Below are positions 19,101 through 28,493 of a DNA stretch of 64,000 nt, in pieces (positions within the stretch are counted from its first letter, which is position 1; every line of letters begins with the position of its first letter). Position numbers and translations under genes: made by a program. The stretch comes from a virus, in IMG/VR virus record IMGVR_UViG_3300002220_000910. The stretch is one strand, 5' to 3'. The notes beneath the pieces were generated by a model, which ran no database searches, was not told the DNA's origin, and saw nothing but the letters and a program-made list of their open reading frames with translations.

Positions 19101-19394
19101 TGTGCACAACACTCCATAGTTTCCATACCCCTCGAAGTGGGTATAGAGCCCATCACCAGCACGGATCTCGAACGACTGGTAGGTATTTATCCAGGAAAGA
19201 AGAGCACGGTCGTCTGCAGAAAAGTTCCTTATCCTCTGCCAGTCTTTGTCATTAGGTATTTTTGACTTAGGTCTGATTCGAATGAAACGGAATCCCGCCC
19301 TTTGGATTTGTTCCGGTATCGTCGGTGGGATAGACCCATTTTCGATAGACAGATTTATATCCGTAGAGCGTTTACCATTCATTAGGGATTCCAT
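16194..19394 (-). CDS. Bifunctional primase-polymerase (Prim-Pol) fused to Zn-binding and helicase-like domains
   Basis: GNYGVL..IVVDLD, SGRGIHAYF and GGQVVGP..LHP Prim-Pol motifs; HPIHGS...WFCSRH; Walker A APPRLGKS, LVIDED, ISRGID. Confidence 0.85.
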   Translation of the reverse strand: MESLMNGKRSTDINLSIENGSIPPTIPEQIQRAGFRFIRIRPKSKIPNDKDWQRIRNFSADDRALLSWINTYQSFEIRAGDGLYTHFEGYGNYGVLCTSEAIVVDLDTPELVSFLLEATQSDSGASKLPATLLCKSGSGRGIHAYFRTSKGHPVRLLDPENPDTNVGDIKSVGGQVVGPTALHPGGKPYEIIQDREIAFVEFSVLKEVFSKWIPKQKEISPESIRREYGEYEQLSVDVPIAQVLYPDKAVSLGNGEFRGAHPIHGSSGGRNFSINTNKNTWFCSRHNTGGGPLEAIALLEGIIECSEAGPGCLRGEKFLQTIDAAKRMGFTVKLPQKKYPKKPEVMNAPPKGAGGEEWTVLQLDAIPADLPGTSVTILNAPPRLGKSHWAILKAIESKTANVITNTHSIVEQHMKIFRENRSDDQTAIHMEGKARSCINLENKCRCKPDCPYNPYKDKDSWFIFGEIVKDFLFEKKVLTNKDVPKDQCPYWFIKRADDYSDYCFTVVANMDMLRNRHLLVIDEDPTISHFYPSSADVAESVYRAHRLTVNNFLEEKWVGIGGWKKYITEKKKRPKGRKTILRIISILEEIRDIIKIDDERQFSRKYVLDKLKDLNLTIDDPEDCTKQELIDLIKRHEIPDTLSPFALALLYPYKDKPFAWQGHNPSTLRIIADEEKRMYTIPDCKTLIIGSTRAELFAKSLGRSCTILNIDKFHYSKQFIIASMIDEGKKSYSQRMDDYLNSISKTNEYERYPSLILVGTEKEQLRLQMILRGISKSSTIEDRVGQTWNYRGGYHNIFYQNSVISRGIDVEFYHRLFVYSSNFANPYWQAALDVAAENEDRDEIERVGWVIDAITVDETTNSVLRISPVQRNLDTDPRLVVISESDMWKLKPAITNGAHIVRLSFEDLMENSKELLDGTGKLIYRGSVKLSEENTNVEKDTIECTIRSTLDQVTIRPRSILEGDVVAKCEFFSDSLKKNSDVPSWKRSVRKSTILKIEGEISKRLCMLQQSGKRLTRKALQKFLLSRDKNYNYVLTDHIVTEMHKNGKIRVSGIGMGAYVQLPAIE

Positions 19395-19576
19395 CCTGAC
19401 CCGGTTTCAGCGGCCGGGTCTACTCTCTTCTAGACTGTTATTACGACCATGCGAGCAATTCCAAGTTAGTCGCATAGCTTTGATAAAGATTTCCGATTCT
19501 GTTTTATCAACAGTGTTTTCTTGACGGTTCTGTGATTTTATCACACGGGTATTCTTCACACGAAATTACTGCTTCG

Positions 19577-19690
19577 TCTGGGCCCACCCCTTTGAAGTTG
19601 GGATCCTGGCCCCACCGGTTCAGAAAGCAATTTCTGCAGACCCTGGGGGCCGCTCCAAGGCGTACTTCAAGCAATTCGGACACCACCAGA
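19577..19690 (+). ncRNA. Candidate structured ncRNA
   Basis: Nested stems TCTGG/CCAGA, TTGAAGT/ACTTCAA, GGCCCCA/TGGGGGCC and CAGAAA-GCAA-TTTCTG (GNRA loop) in an intergenic gap. Confidence 0.45.
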
Positions 19691-19729
19691 GGGAAGTTTC
19701 ATATACTTCGACTGATTATATTGGCTTGT

Positions 19730-20011
19730 ATGACTGAAAAGGTCAGCAAAGAAGCAGTCAAGAAGGAGAAGGGTTTCCTTTACTACCTTCAGAAAGACGG
19801 ATATGTCTGGGTATCGCCCATGAAAAAGAACACCACCGGCAAGGTCCACAAGGTCGGAACCGAGAAGATCACTCCGGACTATACCAAGTACGTCTACTTC
19901 GTCAACAAGGAAGGTTTCGTCTGCCGTGCAGAGCGGGCCAAGAAGAAGGGATCCGGAGAGGCGAAGAAGGCCCCCGCTAAGAAGCCGGCCAGCGCTCCCA
20001 AGAAGAAGTGA
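19730..20011 (+). CDS. Small basic nucleic-acid-binding protein, CC1-like duplicated motif with K/A/P tail
   Basis: EKGFLYYLQKDGYV and KYVYFVNKEGFV repeats; tail KKAPAKKPASAPKKK. Confidence 0.6.
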   Translation: MTEKVSKEAVKKEKGFLYYLQKDGYVWVSPMKKNTTGKVHKVGTEKITPDYTKYVYFVNKEGFVCRAERAKKKGSGEAKKAPAKKPASAPKKK

Positions 20012-20076
20012 GATTTCCTCTCTTCTGCTATTTTTTGAGTTAATTTTAATATGCCCAGAATCATTATCCTTTCCAT

Positions 20077-20340
20077 ATGACAGCAAAGATGATTGTTCAT
20101 AAGAAGAAAGGTGTGAATTCTCTCCAAAAGAAGAAACCCTCTCGTATGCAACTCCTTGCAAAGAAGTTGTATGCAATCCGCACACGGTCTGGCGCAGAAG
20201 ATATTCTGGAAGAGATGCATCAACTTGATCCGAGATCCGAGTATATCGAGGAGATCTACCTTGGTCTTCGTGATGGAGAGCGCGGGGAAGTGACGATGGC
20301 TGACTGTCGGAAGCTTGCGAAACACTACATGAGAGGGTGA
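20077..20340 (+). CDS. Hypothetical basic protein
   Basis: 87-aa ORF after an AT-rich promoter-like stretch. Confidence 0.55.
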   Translation: MTAKMIVHKKKGVNSLQKKKPSRMQLLAKKLYAIRTRSGAEDILEEMHQLDPRSEYIEEIYLGLRDGERGEVTMADCRKLAKHYMRG

Positions 20341-20341
20341 T

Positions 20342-21139
20342 TCAGACCGCCTCCGCCAGGTTACGATATCTACAATCTCCGAGAATATTCTCTTCTATTT
20401 TTATCCGATACCTGTAGTAATTTTCGAGTTTTTCTTCAATGTTCCTGGGCTTCCATACATTTTTTGATGGCTTGTGTGCACCGGTGAAGAACCTCCAGGC
20501 ATGGCTGTCTGAAGAATATAAAAGGTCCTTTGTATTCTGATCCATCAATGCTCGGATCTGCAGCCCGAATGCATGATAGTTAACACGAGGGTTTTGAGCA
20601 ACCACATGCTGGATTATCTCCTTAATCGTTCCCGTTCCTTTCCTCTGGCAAACCGATCCTATGGCAGTGAGTTTGGTATAGAGCCGGAACTTGTGGAGCA
20701 GGGCCGCACAATAGGAGTAATCAGATTTCGAATACCCCTGGATGACGGCCATCCATTCGGCATCGATGGGGAGCTTGATGAGTTCACGGAAATTCTGAAT
20801 CGATGCGTGAATCCGGCATCTGTTTGAGAAGGCATTGGCCGATAAAACCGTTGGTTCGCATGGGTAATCCATCATGGCAACATAAGTTGTCTGTGGATAA
20901 ACAGAGATGAAATCCTTCACGAACTTCCAATATTCCACTGGGGCGAATGGGTAAGAATCATGGTTGTGGAACCAGGAGTATCCTCCCCAATCAAGCATGA
21001 TTTCGTCATATCCCCCGGCCAGGTCTGGTATCCGGAACTTTCCTCTCTGATAAAGTGAGGCTACTGATACGAGGATGGTTCCGATGGGGATCTTGAGATC
21101 GGTACCGGTTCCACTGATTCCGTAATAAAATTTTTCCAT
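20342..21139 (-). CDS. TGT-fold / DpdA-like base-exchange (7-deazaguanine DNA modification) protein
   Basis: MLDWGGYS, MDYPCEP, AVIQG, IGSVC, HAFG and YSSDSHAW motifs in TGT/DpdA order. Confidence 0.7.
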   Translation of the reverse strand: MEKFYYGISGTGTDLKIPIGTILVSVASLYQRGKFRIPDLAGGYDEIMLDWGGYSWFHNHDSYPFAPVEYWKFVKDFISVYPQTTYVAMMDYPCEPTVLSANAFSNRCRIHASIQNFRELIKLPIDAEWMAVIQGYSKSDYSYCAALLHKFRLYTKLTAIGSVCQRKGTGTIKEIIQHVVAQNPRVNYHAFGLQIRALMDQNTKDLLYSSDSHAWRFFTGAHKPSKNVWKPRNIEEKLENYYRYRIKIEENILGDCRYRNLAEAV

Positions 21140-21142
21140 TCG

Positions 21143-21457
21143 TCACCGGAACAACTTCTTTGCGTACCGTGCTTCCCAGGTTTCATTTTTCAGAAGATCC
21201 TGGTGCGTGGCAAAAGTTTTCAGAATGCTGATGATGGTTTCTATTGCAGCGTTTTCACAGGTTTCGTTCCTTGGAGAATCTGCATCTCTAATGGCACGAA
21301 CCATTTGCTCTGTAATTTTGACAGTTGCTCCCGCATCAAGGAGGGCCTCTGTGACCGCCTCCGGATTTTCATACAATCGAGTCTGTTCTTCATCCATGGT
21401 GAACATGCACCAGAGATAATAGTCGACACCGTTCCAATATTCGCGTTTTTTTGTCAT
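21143..21457 (-). CDS. Hypothetical protein
   Basis: ORF in the operon. Confidence 0.55.
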   Translation of the reverse strand: MTKKREYWNGVDYYLWCMFTMDEEQTRLYENPEAVTEALLDAGATVKITEQMVRAIRDADSPRNETCENAAIETIISILKTFATHQDLLKNETWEARYAKKLFR

Positions 21458-21459
21458 TT

Positions 21460-24072
21460 TCATTTCCCTTCCTTGAGTCTTTTCATTGCAAGATCGCAAT
21501 ACTCCGGATTCAATTCGATTCCGATGTATCTTCTTCCGTGAGCCTCTGCAGCAACCCCGGTCGATCCGGATCCGTTGAACATATCAATGACGGTTGCAGG
21601 AGCAATATCGGCATTACACGAGCAAGTTGGAAGCCATCCAAGAGTTTCGACATCGCACTTTGCCTCTCCTGGAGGAAGGGCCAGGTAGTTGTTATCATTC
21701 TGCCCGGTGCCATCACGATGATTATCCCCACGAATATCCTTTGTGTCCCCGATATACCTTTTCCGGATCACCCGGTGCCACGGTGCTCCGCATTCAGAGC
21801 AGACCCCATGCCCACTCGTTGATGCGAGAACCATGGGTTCGACCAGGCGTGGGGCGAAGCAGGCAAAATGCGCCCCCTTGTAGCCCTTCGGATTGACGAC
21901 GAGGGTCATGGGTTCGCCATCTTCGTTGTGGAGGAGGCCCTGCCAGGTGCGGAAAAAGAAATCACTGTCACGCATGAAGCGAAGACCGAATTCGTTGGGA
22001 ATATACCGGTCATTGAACCCTGTGTATACGTTGCTTCCGACATTGTCCTGCTTTTTGAACTGTCCGGAATCTGGATACTTTGATTCGGCATTCACGCATT
22101 GCCGCAGCACCCCGCGGGGCCGCTTATCCTTGTTGTAAGACTCCGAGCTTGGTTGCATCGTCGCAACGTAGTCATAGAAATAGTCATGGCCAGACCAGAG
22201 GTTTTTCCTTCTCCAGAGCTTCTTTTCCTTTCCACTTTCAGGATCAATGAACAGTAGGTCTTTCCAGTTTTCCGGGGCATTGATTTCAACCTGGTGAGTG
22301 AATCCATTGATGAAAATGTGATCGGGTTCCGGGCGAGATCTCATTCCTGATCGCGATGGGTGGGTCCAGAACGTGGTATCTCCAGATTTTGTCAACATGA
22401 ACACATACTCGATCGAAGTGCTCGGACGGTCTGTTACAGACGATGGAAGCGAATTGTGAGTAAGAACTCCATTCCCGAGAGCGAATAGATGAGGATCGTC
22501 TTCGACACCAATATTATAGTATTTGTGATCTCGATTCGACGGTTTCACTGAAACTATTTCGGAATCGCAGGTGATTTTAAAGCATCCACCATTGATACTT
22601 TTGTCTGGGGTTTCTTTTCGTATTTGACCTCTCCAAATATCATGTTCTTTTCCACCCTTTGTTGCAGTGCACACTCCACGTTTTATTCGAACTGAATAGC
22701 CAAGTCTTGCACATAACATTCGTATATCCATTGCAAGGTTGTAATTTTTACAAAACCCAAGCCTCCAACGGTTGTTTTTCGAATCAAAATGCCCATCTCC
22801 TTCTAGATACCCATCAAGAAGACCCGATAAAAACACGTTGCTTCGTTTCCAACAGGTGTTTGCGATCCTCAAATTTTTTGATCCTTTATTCTCGGTGAAG
22901 TGTCTGATGATCGATATTGGAATTTTCCCGTGAACAATCGACATTATTTTTCCACCGGTATCATACGAGTGAGAGTGGTGGCTTCCACCATAGTCGATGG
23001 CGAATTTTTTGATTTCTTCATCCAGGTGAGTTTCTGATTCTGAAAATGTGAATTGTATACCGGCATCATCATGATCCAGGTTTAAGTACGAACCTTCAGA
23101 GATAAAAAGACCAATAATCCTTCCAAGATCGTCTGGGAGGAAGCCACAATCGATATGTTTTTCATCGGGAAGTGTTGTCTTCTGTACCACATCCCCAACT
23201 CGAAGATCGCATGTCGTGACAAGTCCTTTCCCAACAATGGGCCAACGGTGTTCCTCTGTTACACATATTTTATACCCATCTCTGAATTCCACTTCCATTC
23301 CCTTTTTTAGAGAGGGTAAGGGTGTCAAGTCTACAACCTTCGTCCATTTCTTTCCATTCCACAACGAAAATGTCCCAATTCGAAGATTTGACATGTCATC
23401 TACTGACATCGGCATTGCACCTTTCTGGGATTTTACATATAATACCGTCTGTTGCGCAACACAATTTCGTTTGATCCAGGGAATCCTCGACCGCAGGTAC
23501 CATCCATCTGCACGGAGGGATGCTGCGAGTAGTGAAGGGATTTCCATGAGGTCTTTTTCTTTCAGTCCCGATGCCTTGAGTTTGTTAACATCTCCACTTT
23601 TTGAATGCCCACTCATATCTCTCCCAGTGAAGATATTCGACCCTCCATTGAAGGATCCACACGATGTTGATGTATACGAATCCCCAATATTCGCCCAGAA
23701 CACCCCATCATCTCGAAGAACCCTCCGGAATTCGCGATAAATCTCCGTGAGGTGTTCAATGAACAACTCCGGGGATGGTTCCAGACCAAGTTCGCCTCGC
23801 CAGGCTCCGCATTTCCCGCAGAAGTTGCTGGTGAGTTTTTCACGGTTCTTGTTCCCGGCATGCTGGAGCGGCCCAGGGTTGGTATCGCTTCCGCGGTGAC
23901 CGGGTGGATGCACTTCGGTCCAATCATGGTCGCAGTTGGGATCCCCACCCCAAACTATGGGAGGGGTTCCGTAGTTCCGGAGCCCGTAATAGGGGCTTGA
24001 TGTTATTCCGCAATGCACGGATCCAGTTGGTATTCGTTTGAGCACGTCGAGTGCATGTCCATTGATAATCAT
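21460..24072 (-). CDS. N4-C/N6-A DNA methyltransferase (beta class) containing an intein
   Basis: ITSSPYYGLR catalytic motif near the N-terminus, HFACF, C-terminal DMFNGSGSTG SAM motif and IGIELNPEY. Confidence 0.9.
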   Translation of the reverse strand: MIINGHALDVLKRIPTGSVHCGITSSPYYGLRNYGTPPIVWGGDPNCDHDWTEVHPPGHRGSDTNPGPLQHAGNKNREKLTSNFCGKCGAWRGELGLEPSPELFIEHLTEIYREFRRVLRDDGVFWANIGDSYTSTSCGSFNGGSNIFTGRDMSGHSKSGDVNKLKASGLKEKDLMEIPSLLAASLRADGWYLRSRIPWIKRNCVAQQTVLYVKSQKGAMPMSVDDMSNLRIGTFSLWNGKKWTKVVDLTPLPSLKKGMEVEFRDGYKICVTEEHRWPIVGKGLVTTCDLRVGDVVQKTTLPDEKHIDCGFLPDDLGRIIGLFISEGSYLNLDHDDAGIQFTFSESETHLDEEIKKFAIDYGGSHHSHSYDTGGKIMSIVHGKIPISIIRHFTENKGSKNLRIANTCWKRSNVFLSGLLDGYLEGDGHFDSKNNRWRLGFCKNYNLAMDIRMLCARLGYSVRIKRGVCTATKGGKEHDIWRGQIRKETPDKSINGGCFKITCDSEIVSVKPSNRDHKYYNIGVEDDPHLFALGNGVLTHNSLPSSVTDRPSTSIEYVFMLTKSGDTTFWTHPSRSGMRSRPEPDHIFINGFTHQVEINAPENWKDLLFIDPESGKEKKLWRRKNLWSGHDYFYDYVATMQPSSESYNKDKRPRGVLRQCVNAESKYPDSGQFKKQDNVGSNVYTGFNDRYIPNEFGLRFMRDSDFFFRTWQGLLHNEDGEPMTLVVNPKGYKGAHFACFAPRLVEPMVLASTSGHGVCSECGAPWHRVIRKRYIGDTKDIRGDNHRDGTGQNDNNYLALPPGEAKCDVETLGWLPTCSCNADIAPATVIDMFNGSGSTGVAAEAHGRRYIGIELNPEYCDLAMKRLKEGK
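22453..23463 (-). mobile_element. Intein with LAGLIDADG endonuclease (337 aa)
   Basis: KRN|CVAQQT...VTEEHRW...GLFISEG...GYLEGDG...GVLTHN|SLP. Confidence 0.92.
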
Positions 24073-24527
24073 TATTTCATCTCCACTGCTTCTTGATATT
24101 TCTTGATTCTCTCTTTCAATTCGTTGATATACCGTTCCTGTTCTTCGATTTCAGACTCACACTGATCGATTTTATTCTGTGCCTCTTCAATATCCCTTTT
24201 CATGGATTCGATATCATTTCGAAGGAAAGCCTTGTGGATAGTATCGCTTCCATCTCCAGTGATCGGGGTGTGAATGCGAGGGAATCTGAATTTCCTGCAG
24301 GACGGACACGGAGTTTCATACACGAAACTCGCAAACCCAACTTTGGTGTGACACTCCGGGCGAACCCAGATGATGGGTTGATCGGGGTCTGGACGATCTT
24401 TCATGAATTCGGTAACATCTGCGTTCGGGATGAGAATGTATGTCGTATCGACTCCATCAACAACAATATCAGTTTTCTCGCCATTGCACGAAAGAGTCAC
24501 CTTGTTGAAAACAAATTTTTCCATCAT
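24072..24527 (-). CDS. Hypothetical coiled-coil protein
   Basis: CPSC motif and C-terminal heptads. Confidence 0.6.
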   Translation of the reverse strand: MMEKFVFNKVTLSCNGEKTDIVVDGVDTTYILIPNADVTEFMKDRPDPDQPIIWVRPECHTKVGFASFVYETPCPSCRKFRFPRIHTPITGDGSDTIHKAFLRNDIESMKRDIEEAQNKIDQCESEIEEQERYINELKERIKKYQEAVEMK

Positions 24528-25498
24528 GAACCCCCTTGGTAATCCTTCCTGTTTCTCGTATAATCTTCAAAATCGATCTTCCAGAACAACTTCGGAAGGG
24601 CCGTCCACCTGGCCAGTGCATTGAGCTGGGGAGTCTGGCGATATCTCATGGCGTATGCACGAACACCAAGTTCTTTCAACCTCTTGCACCGGTACAGATC
24701 TTGTTCGAAGGACGTGTTGTATCCACAAAGAACGTAAAACGAAATGTTCCTTCGAAGATTGAACCCATACTCACCCAGAAGTTTGATAGCATCAACAACG
24801 TCTGCCTCTCCATAATAATCATCCCAGGCGAAATGAAGCTGCCCATCTTTATGCCGAATCGATGCGAGCAGTCTGGCTCTCCATTCGGTGAGGAGTCTGG
24901 CATCCCATCCCTGTGGGGAGATCATGGTGACACCATTCTCGTAGAACCACCGGAATACATCATCCTGCCATTTCTGTGGGGACCCGAACAGGTTGTTGTC
25001 CATGATCATGCAGGAATTGAATCGATCGTCATGGAACTCTGAAGGGTGCTGCCAGATCCTGATGTGGCCCTCTTTTTTTGGAACAACGCAAAAATCGCAC
25101 GTCCTTACACACCCTCTCGTGGTGAATCCCTGGGAGTATTCGGATTTGTAGAGGTCATAATCCGGTTTCACTTTCTGCATGTGCTCCGGAAGCCAGTCGT
25201 GATCAAATCCAAATCCGGTTCCCCCGCAAGTGATGTTGCTTCCAGGAGATATTCCGTGTCCAGATTCGATAAATGTATCGGCAATAGTTTCAGCATGGAC
25301 ACGATTCTTCTCGAATATGCACGAAATGTAAACGTGATCCCAGGACCTTTCGAATTCAAATGAAGTTTTGGGATCCTTGACGATCTTAACTTCTTTTCCA
25401 TTCGATTTATGGTAAGATGAAATCTGCATCAGGGCAAGGTTTGGGATTTTTAGCCGCGGGTTGTAGATCTTATCAACATCGATGAGAAGAGCGGTCAC
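24524..25498 (-). CDS. Radical SAM protein
   Basis: TRGCVRTCDFCVVP (CxxxCxxC); N-terminal PNLALMQIS domain; GTG start overlapping the upstream stop. Confidence 0.85.
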   Translation of the reverse strand: MTALLIDVDKIYNPRLKIPNLALMQISSYHKSNGKEVKIVKDPKTSFEFERSWDHVYISCIFEKNRVHAETIADTFIESGHGISPGSNITCGGTGFGFDHDWLPEHMQKVKPDYDLYKSEYSQGFTTRGCVRTCDFCVVPKKEGHIRIWQHPSEFHDDRFNSCMIMDNNLFGSPQKWQDDVFRWFYENGVTMISPQGWDARLLTEWRARLLASIRHKDGQLHFAWDDYYGEADVVDAIKLLGEYGFNLRRNISFYVLCGYNTSFEQDLYRCKRLKELGVRAYAMRYRQTPQLNALARWTALPKLFWKIDFEDYTRNRKDYQGGS

Positions 25499-26877
25499 AG
25501 CATCACCTGTTTTTTCGAGAGATTGATTAGGATGCGAAGGCTCTCCGCATGACAGCGGGCCGGAGAACAATTGTGTACGGCTATTCCGCAGACTACGTAC
25601 GATTCTGAATCTTCTACAGATAGATTGTATACGGTAGAATTTCCATTGTTTGATGCATTTCTGAATGGTATCCATACGCAATTGTCATTGCAAATCGACT
25701 CACACTTTTTTGAAGATGTCCATGATATTTGATACACAGGGAAATTGGCACGGATGATTCTCCCATCGGGGCACACGGATTCAGAGGTGTTAAGTGCTTT
25801 TTTGCACATAGAAACCCTGATATTCATTACATTCCGTGCCAGGCGTGAAATCCCAAAAGCCAGTACTCTACTGACTGTGACCACGCTTGTTGACATTTCT
25901 TTTCTTCTTCTTTCTGAATAGCCGTCGGAATCAACAATTCCCTGTAGTAAAGATCTCTGTTTTTCGATTTGGATCGAAAAGCACCATTCTGGAATATACT
26001 TTCCATGGCAGTATCTTCCAAATTGTGATAGAAATATCGAAAATTCCTTATTAAATATTCTGAAGGTGGTTTGAGTCTTCATCGGAGTTCTATTTGGGTG
26101 GAATCCTGCGGCGATAACCATTTGTTCAAGAGTGTCAGCTTCATTGTGATGTGAACAAATTCCAATCATCCACTGTTGCTTTATCGATCGGGTTCCATCT
26201 TTTTTTGTATAACCCGATTTGATGTGATAATTTCCAAGCCACCCATCTCCAAGATATCTTCCTACTAGGTACCAGAAATTGCAAGAATGATCATCTACGA
26301 AGGAAAAATCATCTCTTGGAAATCCAACCCAGGTGCCTTGCGAGTGCGACGTATTCAGTCTGGTATGCATCTCTCTTGCAGGAGTCCAAGACGGTTGATG
26401 AAATCGTATTTTTCTGTCATTTTTGAGTTGAATTCTCGAACGGTGGCGCGTATAGAATTCATGATCTTTGGTACATACGATTGGTTCTGGAATTCCTTGA
26501 AATTTCACTTTGATTGTAGGAATATTTTCAAATTTCATTGTTTTCGTAACACGGTGATATTTCGAGTCGTGTGAGAGAACAAAATCTTCTGTGGTAACTT
26601 CCTCTATCGGAACAAATCCTCTTTTGGTAGTTACTAGAGATCCGGCACCGAAGCACCAGCAACCCAAGCGTCTTGCATGGGCGATCTCCTCGATGTCGAG
26701 TTTCTCTTCTGCAAGTTGGTCGATGATCCATTTCTCATAGGCATCACAAGCCTGGTCGCGGGTCATTGTCTTGCTGATGTGGAAAGGGTTGCCCCACTTC
26801 GTTCCTCTGTGAACGGCAACATCTCCGGGTCTTGTCCCGAAGTCTTTGCAATTACGTAGGTTGATGATTTCAATCAT
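25495..26877 (-). CDS. DUF4326-family protein containing an intein
   Basis: RGTKWGNPF ... LGCW|intein|CSPARCHAESL reconstitutes the LGCWCxPxxCH motif. Confidence 0.85.
   Translation of the reverse strand: MIEIINLRNCKDFGTRPGDVAVHRGTKWGNPFHISKTMTRDQACDAYEKWIIDQLAEEKLDIEEIAHARRLGCWCFGAGSLVTTKRGFVPIEEVTTEDFVLSHDSKYHRVTKTMKFENIPTIKVKFQGIPEPIVCTKDHEFYTRHRSRIQLKNDRKIRFHQPSWTPAREMHTRLNTSHSQGTWVGFPRDDFSFVDDHSCNFWYLVGRYLGDGWLGNYHIKSGYTKKDGTRSIKQQWMIGICSHHNEADTLEQMVIAAGFHPNRTPMKTQTTFRIFNKEFSIFLSQFGRYCHGKYIPEWCFSIQIEKQRSLLQGIVDSDGYSERRRKEMSTSVVTVSRVLAFGISRLARNVMNIRVSMCKKALNTSESVCPDGRIIRANFPVYQISWTSSKKCESICNDNCVWIPFRNASNNGNSTVYNLSVEDSESYVVCGIAVHNCSPARCHAESLRILINLSKKQVML
25570..26655 (-). mobile_element. 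Intein with LAGLIDADG endonuclease (362 aa)
   Basis: CFGAGSLV...CTKDHEF...GRYLGDG...GIVDSDG...VYNLSV...IAVHN|C. Confidence 0.92.
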
Positions 26878-28493
26878 GATCTCTCCTGGGGAATCAGAGT
26901 TCCACTCTTCGAAAGCCGGTGGATGAACCATTTTGGAACTTTTGCCCGGTACCTGGAAAACATCTCGGAAAATTTCCTGTCGAGAATGAATGTGAATCCA
27001 ACAGATCCCGCACCACGGCCCACACGACCACAGGCTTGAACAAGACGGTTCATGGCATTCATGCTATACCATTCGCTAAATTCGGTTTTCCCCATCTCTT
27101 TTTCGAGTGCCTGCAGCCTTTCATCAAGACTTGCAAATGGGTATTTCAGAACAAACTGGTGGTTGATATACGAGAAGTCACCTCCAAATTCGGCCCCGGC
27201 AACGAGAAGGTACTCAGCGGAACTGTGTTTGAATCCCTCGATGATTTCCATCAATTTTCCACTCTGATGCATGTCACACCGATCGAATCCGAGATACTGT
27301 TGCATTGCTCTCGCATGCGTTCCTATATTCCCACAATGGATGACCGTTTTGTTTGCCTCGGGCCCGAACATTTTCTTAAATCCATCGTGTGTTTCGTCGA
27401 TGAATCGTGCACAATCCTTGAGAAGATCCGGGTTTTTCGAAACACTTGCTGCAGTCATCAGACCGACAGGGGAGTAGAAAATGGCAGTGCGCTGGAATAC
27501 CTCGTAGGTAATCACATTCTTCGTATCGAATGCCGAAGGCGTAGCGGTCACGATGATGACTTTGCGATCCCTTCCTTTCGAAGTTTTCTTCGGGAACAAC
27601 CTGGATTTGAGAGCGTTGGCCTCACCCGGCTTGATCTCTACGAATACCTGCTCTCTCCCATGCTTATCATTCTTCGTGTACTGGAAGCACAGATCGGCCT
27701 GAGCATACAACCCCTGGACCGTGGCCAGGTGATTCTCTGCATCATCGATGGACTTTACAACGTCGCGTGATTCGTGAGAGTTGCGGGCCTTGTGAGATTT
27801 CGCTTCCTTGAGAGCATTTTCTGCATTTGCAACTTCTGCAGAGAGTGTATCTTTGGTTGTTCCAACAAGACGATCGACATACTTGAGTTGCTTTCCAGAG
27901 GATATTGACTGGAAAAACGCATCAGCTTCGTCAATGATAACAACCTCTGCAAATGGGGCAAATCGGAACCAATTTCCAAAATTTGTTATCACTATTCCAT
28001 TGTTATGAATGGTTGAAATAGCATGGTTGACTGCTTCGTAATAGGCACAACCCTGGCATGGAAATGGACATTCGATCTCTTTTCCAGCATCAGTGAACGC
28101 CGTAAACATTTTTTGGCCATCTTCGTTCTCATATTTCTTTCCCCGGCAAGGGGCTGCTGCCGCGGTCTGTTCGAATTTGCATGGGTAAGATCCTCTACCG
28201 AACACCACCACGTCGTTCCGATATGCTGCACATTGATTTTGGAGAAATTTTCGCGGCTCGATGATCAAGGATGGGCGTTCGTGAGTTGCCGAAAGCATGA
28301 CTGCTGTCTTTCCACTTCCAGTATGACTGCACAAAAGTGCTTCGTCCGAGTCGTTAAACATCTCCACGGCCCTAGCTTGACCCTCATATGCCTTTTCGAA
28401 GGGAAACCCGCGGGGGGCCGGTACCATGATGATATCGGCATCGGATGTGCAAATCTTTGCGATAGTGGGAGCGTAGTCACGGATGGTGTTCAT
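26874..28493 (-). CDS. SF2 helicase, DinG/XPD-like
   Basis: HTGSGKT, Cys cluster, IIDEAD, TATP, QACGRVGR..LD.KF. Confidence 0.85.
   Translation of the reverse strand: MNTIRDYAPTIAKICTSDADIIMVPAPRGFPFEKAYEGQARAVEMFNDSDEALLCSHTGSGKTAVMLSATHERPSLIIEPRKFLQNQCAAYRNDVVVFGRGSYPCKFEQTAAAAPCRGKKYENEDGQKMFTAFTDAGKEIECPFPCQGCAYYEAVNHAISTIHNNGIVITNFGNWFRFAPFAEVVIIDEADAFFQSISSGKQLKYVDRLVGTTKDTLSAEVANAENALKEAKSHKARNSHESRDVVKSIDDAENHLATVQGLYAQADLCFQYTKNDKHGREQVFVEIKPGEANALKSRLFPKKTSKGRDRKVIIVTATPSAFDTKNVITYEVFQRTAIFYSPVGLMTAASVSKNPDLLKDCARFIDETHDGFKKMFGPEANKTVIHCGNIGTHARAMQQYLGFDRCDMHQSGKLMEIIEGFKHSSAEYLLVAGAEFGGDFSYINHQFVLKYPFASLDERLQALEKEMGKTEFSEWYSMNAMNRLVQACGRVGRGAGSVGFTFILDRKFSEMFSRYRAKVPKWFIHRLSKSGTLIPQERS

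Noticed and set aside
19577..19690. SRP RNA or RNase P RNA
   Set aside because: Lacks the SRP helix-8 and RNase P conserved motifs by eye.
26919..27770. 283-aa plus-strand ORF and similar long antisense ORFs
   Set aside because: Antisense shadows of well-supported genes (here the helicase) with no motifs.
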